Source of the DNA: Antedon mediterranea
Taxonomy: Eukaryota > Animalia > Echinodermata
Assembly (NCBI RefSeq): GCF_964355755.1
Contig: NC_092670.1
Coordinates: forward strand, 13,626,795 to 13,690,794
Reading direction: 5' to 3'
DNA: 64,000 nt
Part shown: positions 57,620 through 64,000 of the stretch, one piece after another
Layout of the letters: every line of letters starts with the position of its first letter
How positions within the stretch are numbered: the first letter of the stretch is position 1
The notes under the pieces: generated by a model
What the model saw: only the letters and a program-made list of their open reading frames with translations
Told to the model about the DNA's origin: nothing
Database searches by the model: none
Program-made: the position numbers and the translations under genes

Positions 57620-57766
57620 GTAAGTCAATTTCATAATATTATCGTTTTATTTCATAATTGTTACGGTGCTGAAAAATACCCAGGCCCACCATACATGACG
57701 CTAGTTTTCCAGGCAAAGGGCACCAGGGTAGGCCTATATAAAGTTGCATTTGTGTTTGTTAGGTAG

Positions 57767-57894
57767 GGAGTTCTTCCTGGTTATACTATACAATGTTCAC
57801 AATTTAAATATTTTAAATAAAATCACAGTAGAAGAATTATTATGTCCACCTCCACTGGTGGCAGTAACCCTAACAGTACATACTCTTTATTATC
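57767..57894 (+). pseudogene. Alternative or duplicated exon 2a with in-frame TAA (57818-57820)
   Basis: tag|GGA...TTATTATC|gtaagt, phase 0-2 like exon 2b. Reads GVLPGYTIQCSQFKYFK*NHSRRIIMSTSTGGSNPNSTYSLL. Confidence 0.45.
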
Positions 57895-58096
57895 GTAAGT
57901 TATAATTATCGTTATATAGTCATGAATATCAGATAAGTTAATGTACATTTTTTTTTCAAATATAATGAGAACATGCACGAAAATGTTGATACTATGCAGA
58001 CTTTTTTTTCCGAAACATTATTTGTAATAATTACATTGTTAAAATAATAAAAAAATAAATAAATATTATAAAATAATTATATTGTTTGTAAAATAG

Positions 58097-58152
58097 GGAG
58101 CGCCGTCATCGAACGTGACTTGTTATTCTGACTCACGCTATGAGTATTATAC
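58097..58152 (+). CDS. Shisa-like protein, exon 2b
   Basis: aaatag|GGA...TAT TAT AC|gtaagt, phase 0-2; GAPSSNVTCYSDSRYEYY(T). Confidence 0.75.
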
Positions 58153-58398
58153 GTAAGTTAAAGATAAAACCGTTTAGAATATCAAGATACGTACATTCAA
58201 TAATATTAATCAATTTTCTGCGGTGAGCCTATTGCAGCAGTGATCAAAATAGAATGACATTTAGTAATTAAAATAATAATAATTAATAACTAAATCAATT
58301 ATAATTACCATTACTATTTCCTTGTACCTATAATCCATTGTAGATCCATAATATTTATTATCACGTTATTAGCGTACTAACTTTTTTTTTACTAACAG

Positions 58399-58473
58399 CT
58401 GTTTGTACGATCAGTATTGTTGTGCTGATTCGTGTTGCAACAATAATGGTAATGATAACAGTAGTTTTATTTG
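58399..58473 (+). CDS. Shisa-like protein, exon 3 (C..YCC...CC)
   Basis: ttttactaacag|C...TG|gtaagt, phase 2-2; CLYDQYCCADSCCNNNGNDNSSFI(W). Confidence 0.82.
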
Positions 58474-58509
58474 GTAAGTAAATTTTTAATTTTTAAAAAC
58501 AGCACAGAG

Positions 58510-58720
58510 CAGTTTTAAACCGCCCGGGGATATACTGAAAAGTAATTATTTAATTTGAAACGATAAGGTGAGAACATCTATGAGAATGTAAAAAAATTCC
58601 CTCAACTGAGATTCGAACCCGGAACCTTCAACTTGGTATAAAGATGTCCTAGTCGTTATTGTTCAAATTCGGTTGGATGGACTTGTACACACCCGAACCA
58701 GATATTAATTTGATAAATAT
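58510..58720. repeat. Diverged copy of the tRNA-derived module at 21513-21845, in intron 3
   Basis: Shares taaaccgcccgg.gatatactg...taatttgaaacgataa...gaga.tcgaac.cgga...tgttcaaa.tcg.ttggat. Confidence 0.75.
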
Positions 58721-58793
58721 ACAAACAAAATATGTAGTTGTATCGATTCAAATGTCAATAATAATTAATACAAATAATATAATTGTTCCGTAG

Positions 58794-58896
58794 GTGGCCA
58801 ATACTTGTATTCATTATCTTCTGTTTTTGTTGTGGCGGCTGCTGTCATGAGCACAAGAGGATTACACGAATTACGCAGATTGATATCATTGATTAG
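58794..58896 (+). CDS. Shisa-like protein, exon 4 (TM helix, Cys cluster, short tail, stop)
   Basis: ttccgtag|G TGG...; WPILVFIIFCFCCGGCCHEHKRITRITQIDIID then TAG at 58894-58896. Confidence 0.78.
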
Positions 58897-58926
58897 TTGA
58901 TGTTTTGTTGCAACTACCAATAGTAA

Positions 58927-60962
58927 TCACCTGTAATCACCTGTAATCACCTGTCTTGTCGGGCTCGTAAGTAGACCATACATTTCTGTATGGTACATGT
59001 CATGCCCTCCCAATTTCATCAAGTCATCACTGCATGGTTTGTTTTTTTTTTTGGTTTGTTTTTTTTTTCATTCGTTTCCTTGATTTAAATTCTTCTGCAA
59101 TACACTTTATCCCATAAAAGTAAATTTGTTGTATTTTCTTTCAATGAATTTATCAAGTTTATTTTTAAAGGCGTTTACTGTGGTGGTGTTAACGGCTTCC
59201 TCTGGTAGACTATTCCATAGGTTAACAATTCTGTAAGAAAAATTGTACTTGCGGATATCCAGTTTAGGTCGTCGCTTATATATGGTGTATCTATGTCTTC
59301 TTAGGTTTCTCTCGTATGTTTTCATAGGGAAGAAGTTACGCATTCCACTACCACTTAGGCCTGTCACCATTTTAAAAACTTGAATCATATCTCCTCGTAA
59401 TCTTCTAAAGGCCAATGTTGGTAGATTTAGTCGTTTTAGGCGTTCTGTATAATCCAAGTCTTTTAATGATGGAATTGCTTTTGTTGCCCTCCTTTGAACT
59501 TTTTCAATGCATGTTATATCTTTACGAAGAAACGGAGACCATACACAGTTAGCATATTCAAGGTGAGGTCTCACTAATGATTTAAAAAGTGGAACAAACA
59601 TTTCCTCATCAAGGTAGTTAAATGTATGTCTGATCAGACCAACAACTCTATTGGCTCTATTACTGACGATTCCAACGTGTTTGCTGAACTTGAGGGTCTG
59701 GTCAAATATAACGCCCAAGTCTTTTTCTTCCTCTTTTGCCTGCAAAGCCTCCGCTGACATCGTATAATTGTACAATTCAAGGTTCCTGCCAAGATGCATA
59801 ATGCAGCACTTATTGACGTTAAACTTCAACTGCCAAGTTTTTGCCCAATCGTTAGCAGCATCAATATCACGTTGGAGGGCTTCACAGTCAGCCCCACTCT
59901 TAATATGATTGAACAGTTTGGTATCATCAGCAAACATCTCTGCGTGGGTTTCTAATATATCGGGTAGATCGTTTATGTAGATCAAGAATAGTATAGGTCC
60001 GAGGACACTTCCTTGGGGTATCCCGCTTGTAACATGGGACCAAGACGATAAGGTTCCTTTAATTGCAACACGCTGCTTCCTTCCAAGTAAGAAACATTCT
60101 ATCCATTTTAAAAGATTACCATTAATTCCATATGCTTGTATTTTTTTCAGTAGTCGTTGGTGTGGGACAGTATCGAAGGCCTTGCTAAAATCCAGGTATG
60201 CTACGTCTACACCACCTTCTTCATCAATCATAGCTGTCCATTTATCAAGTACCATTATCAGTTGTGTTACACATGATCTGCCTGCTCTAAATCCATATTG
60301 ATGGTTACTTATAAGATCGTTGCCTTCCAGAAACATCATTAGATCATCTCTGATTAAGGATTCCATTACTTTACATATCACTGATGTCAAACTGATGGGC
60401 CTATAGTTGCCTGGATTAGTAGGGTTGCCCTTCTTAAATATAGCGGAAACATGAGCTACCTTCCAGTCGTCAGGAATGATACCTTCCTTTATGGATTTAT
60501 TAAATATGTTTGTTAGTGGATCAGCGATTAGTTCTGCTGCTTCTTTTAGTACACGTGGATGTATGCTGTCTGGGCCCGGAGATTTTGAAGGGTTTAGACT
60601 CATCAGCTTCTTTAGGACTTGCTCTCTTGAAAATGCTAATGTGCTCAATGGTACACCATTATATCTATTTGTAAGTTCTGGTACATCGGATATGTCTTCA
60701 CATGTAAACGTGCTACAAAAGAAATTATTCAAGATAAAAGCTTTTTCTTCATCATTTTTTGTTTTAGACCCATCAGGTTTAGTCAGGTGGCTAATTCCAC
60801 ACTTTATCCTTGTTTTAGACCTTACATAATTCCAAAAGCATTTTGGGTTAGTCTTAACTTCTTTTGCAAGTTTTTTCTCAAAGATCCGTTTAGCTTTCTT
60901 TGACTCCTTTGAAGCTGCATTTCTTAATTTTGTATATTTCTCATAATCTTTGTAACAAGATG
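58927..60962 (-). mobile_element. Young 5'-truncated CR1-group LINE
   Basis: Uninterrupted RT ORF, 3'-UTR hairpin accataca-GAAA-tgtatggt, (CAGGTGATTA)3 tail, and flanking agtaa duplication at 58922-58926 and 60963-60967. Confidence 0.93.
59107..60960 (-). CDS. CR1 ORF2 reverse transcriptase (5'-truncated, open to the stop codon)
   Basis: KSPGPDSIHPRVLKE, NYRPISLTS, YLDFSKAFD, GIPQGSVLGP, FADD, VRPHLEY, IEKVQRRATK, RRLRGDMI. The frame stays open upstream of 60732 (KTNPKCFWNYV). Confidence 0.95.
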   Translation of the reverse strand, partial: SCYKDYEKYTKLRNAASKESKKAKRIFEKKLAKEVKTNPKCFWNYVRSKTRIKCGISHLTKPDGSKTKNDEEKAFILNNFFCSTFTCEDISDVPELTNRYNGVPLSTLAFSREQVLKKLMSLNPSKSPGPDSIHPRVLKEAAELIADPLTNIFNKSIKEGIIPDDWKVAHVSAIFKKGNPTNPGNYRPISLTSVICKVMESLIRDDLMMFLEGNDLISNHQYGFRAGRSCVTQLIMVLDKWTAMIDEEGGVDVAYLDFSKAFDTVPHQRLLKKIQAYGINGNLLKWIECFLLGRKQRVAIKGTLSSWSHVTSGIPQGSVLGPILFLIYINDLPDILETHAEMFADDTKLFNHIKSGADCEALQRDIDAANDWAKTWQLKFNVNKCCIMHLGRNLELYNYTMSAEALQAKEEEKDLGVIFDQTLKFSKHVGIVSNRANRVVGLIRHTFNYLDEEMFVPLFKSLVRPHLEYANCVWSPFLRKDITCIEKVQRRATKAIPSLKDLDYTERLKRLNLPTLAFRRLRGDMIQVFKMVTGLSGSGMRNFFPMKTYERNLRRHRYTIYKRRPKLDIRKYNFSYRIVNLWNSLPEEAVNTTTVNAFKNKLDKFIERKYNKFTFMG

Positions 60963-62543
60963 AGTAAGTAGTATTATATTTGAAATGTCCACAAGTATGA
61001 CAAAGTCAATAAAAATAATGAATATAAAGACGACACTGATTACAAGATGATGAACACACTTATGGTGATGATGATAATGATAAACGGTGACTACGACAAT
61101 TATGATACGAACGACAAGGTATTTATGGGCAGTTTCAAATATAGATGTTGGCGACAACACAAGCATGTGCTCCACTTCCCATCATATACCATGGTAGTTC
61201 TATAAAGAATTTAAACGGACTGACGACGACGTTAATACTGAAGACAAAGTTATTAGAACTGACGAAGAAGAAGAAGACTGAAGGTGAATTCACTAGACTT
61301 ACGGACAAGTTGCTAAGACCGAGGGAGAAGTTAAGAAGACTGACTAAGACGTTACTAAGAATAATGAAGAAGTTACTAAGACTTATGATTAATTTTCTGA
61401 AACCAAGGAACAGTGACATTATGGAACTTTTCCCTGTTAAAACTGACAAAGACTGACGAAGAAGTTACAAAGAATAACAAAGATGTTATTATAGCAAATT
61501 TGGGAAACTAAATTATAGTTTATACACAATACCATCTGGAGTAACCCGGACTCCACTACAAGGACATTGAATATCAATAGATAATTATACCTACACTATA
61601 GTGACCTCAACAAGTGACAGTTGATGGATGGGTTTGGTACTGCCTCCTTTAAGTCTACTTTTTAAGGAGAATTGGTATTTTACACAAGGTTACCGTACTA
61701 ATAAATTAAACTTAAAAGACTAGGCGACATATTTATAAAAACAGGTGTCCCTATCAAATAGATCAGATTGACTATACATAGTATAACAAACTGGACATGT
61801 ATCATTGATGTTACAGCAACTCGCTAGCATCAGTCAGATTTTATTTTCCCACCCAACCATCCCCATCATCATCCCATCTTACTATTATGGTGCTACTTAG
61901 CTAGTCGTTCAATTGGGCTGGTATAATTCTTGACAATTATCTCGCCCCCAATAAAATATTATATTCCACGTAGGCCTACTCGGTACTAATAATTTACCGA
62001 CACTCAGTGGAATTCACCTGGGTCCTACTCAGGTCTCATAAAATATCCGTAACACAGCGAACTAGTATGACAAGAGTAGCCCCCGAAATAGCCAAATAAC
62101 AATTAAGAATTAAATTATTTAAGGTGTGTAGATCACAGTAGTAGCATAAATATATAATACATAAATAAGCAATAATTACTAAGGTATTTTGTTATTGAGA
62201 GTAAGGTACCACGGCAGTGGCTGGTATTAAATATATAATAAATGTTAACCGATGTATTACTGTACTTATATGGTGTTGTGTATAAAAAATGAAACAATAA
62301 TACCACAGGAACAGGATAGGTCCGAAAAACTACATCATTCTACCAAGAAAAGAATTATAGACAGACACCAGTGAATACAATACCAATAAGACTTCCCCTA
62401 AACACGCCATTGATATGTTTTTCTGCATAATACATGTGTGTATTTTCTTTTTGTCTAGATTGCAAATAACAAACAAGTATGGCGGCAAAAGTACATACAC
62501 AGACTATAAAAGTACAATTGGCTTTATATATTTCAATGTTTGC

Positions 62544-62852
62544 GTAGAGGATTGCCGATTATTGTTAACGATAGCATCGAAAAACGATGAAATGTTAACG
62601 ATTTACAGGAAAATGTACTCGATATCGTTATCATTTCAACTTGATCGTTTTCAAGCGATCGAACGATCATCGATTAACTGTTAACGATCAACGACGATAG
62701 CGTCGAATATCGTCGACAGGAAAACAGGCTTTAGCGTTGCGATATCGCTGGAGTTGAACTGGATTTAACTCTTGCGATTATCAAGGATAGCGACTTAACG
62801 TCAATTATTACATCTTTTCCTGTAAATCTCCGAAGTTTTGTATTACCATCGT
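62544..62852. mobile_element. CpG-rich palindromic MITE relic(s)
   Basis: Repeated aacgat/atcg; inverted gatttacaggaaaatgta / tacatcttttcctgtaaatc; a terminus-like ggaaaacaggcttTA. Confidence 0.5.
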
Positions 62853-62859
62853 TAGTTAA

Positions 62860-63135
62860 AAAAGGTACCTTTTTCTGTAAATCGTTTGATTTCTTAATTA
62901 ATTCTATGTCTCCTGTGTCAAAAACGGAATTCAGTTTATTAATTAATTTATTGACTGTACAATTAAACCAGGGGTTTTGATTAGGGTACACTCTAACCTT
63001 CACAGTGGGTATACACAGATCCTCACAAAATCTTATATATGACACTATACAGTCTCTGTACAAATCTTATTGTCCTGCAATTAACATGGATCTCCAGTCT
63101 GTAGATTCCAAGCACCCTTGTAATCTTCCCGTGAT
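62860..63135 (-). mobile_element. Rex1/Babar-like LINE fragment (linker between endonuclease and RT)
   Basis: LQGCLESTDW...SYIRFCEDLCIPTVKVRVYPNQNPWFN...FDTGD. Confidence 0.75.
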
Positions 63136-63172
63136 TATAGAACGGATTACGTGACGTATGCTGTGTTTGCTA

Positions 63173-63353
63173 AAGCTTGGTTCCCACTAGAACGTAACGC
63201 AAGGACGTAAACGCAACGCAAGCGTTTTAACCAATGACAAGCGAAGTTATAGACAGTTAGCAATCACAAGCGGATAAGCCATCGCTTGTGATTGGTCAAT
63301 TCACTTGCGTTGCGTTACGTCCTTGCGTTGCGTCGCTAATGGGAACCACGCTT
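63173..63353. mobile_element. MITE family A, full copy with TA TSD
   Basis: TA|aagcttggttcccactag...gggaaccacgctt|TA. Confidence 0.92.
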
Positions 63354-64000
63354 TAGGTTAGGTATATACTTTTATCTTTTAATTATAGTCCTACTGAACA
63401 ATTCATTCCGACACATTTCTACTCCATTAGGATAAAGCGAAGATAATTAATCACTTATACGTTTAATTTACACGAAATTATTGTTGACAGTTAATTACAC
63501 AATTAACTTCCGAACACTCGAAAAATTGAATAACGTGACATCGTAATAAGTGTATAGGTTCCTAGAAATGCGTGCGACTTTAATATAACCTGCATGTTGT
63601 GAGGAAATAACATAGCCATACCCTGTTGACCGAGGCGAAGAAGAAGCGGGGTGCTGGAGTTGTAATAGGTAGCATACATTGTATATCGTCATCATATCCC
63701 CTTTATACTAAAATGATACACATAAATTGACGCACGTAATCAAAAAGGAAAGGACTAATTACGGAACTGCTTGTTTGGCCAAATGATTTACGTTGCGTCG
63801 TACGTATCTGCGTCTCGTCCTAGTGGGAAACTTCCACTTACGATGTTAAAACTGTTAATACATATTGCATCTGATTGTCTGTATACTTTTTTTTTATACA
63901 CGGTGTTTTGAGATTACTTATTGACAAATGCATATACACAGGCATCACAAGGTGATTGAATAGACACCTACTGTATAATCATAAAAATGTAATAAAAGAC

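Noticed and set aside
61390-61410. Homeobox-like WFQ codons on the minus strand
   Set aside because: Reads WFQK with no surrounding homeodomain sequence.
61135-61456. Lys/Leu/Thr-rich ORFs on both strands
   Set aside because: Mostly low-complexity gaa/gac/ttactaaga repeats with no domain signature.

Overview
AT-rich metazoan genomic DNA, probably from a marine invertebrate such as an echinoderm (inferred from the repeat content). There are no prokaryotic operons, rRNA genes or CRISPR arrays. Most of the window is non-coding and dense in transposon relics. Non-LTR retroelements: RTE and RTE-X fragments, an internally deleted L2/Crack-like LINE with ORF1 and endonuclease but no RT, a Penelope-like RT, a young 5'-truncated CR1, a Rex1/Babar fragment and several LINE 3' tails. 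Other elements: a decayed Gmr1-like Gypsy, a tRNA-headed Nin-domain-like SINE, at least five MITE families, and micro- and minisatellites. The one host gene I could assemble, absent from the ORF track as a whole, is a 4-exon + strand gene at 57560-58896. It encodes a 97-aa signal-peptide / six-cysteine / single-TM protein of the Shisa-like (WBP1/VOPP1) type. It has a duplicated alternative exon 2 carrying a stop codon, and an antisense CR1 sits in what looks like the donor site after exon 4. Other notable signals are strong over-representation of TAGGCCTA with direct evidence that it is inserted at TA sites, a twin-priming-type inversion in an RTE, and a ~190-bp repeat that conserves a CTCF-like motif. 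All calls were made by eye; no database searches were run.
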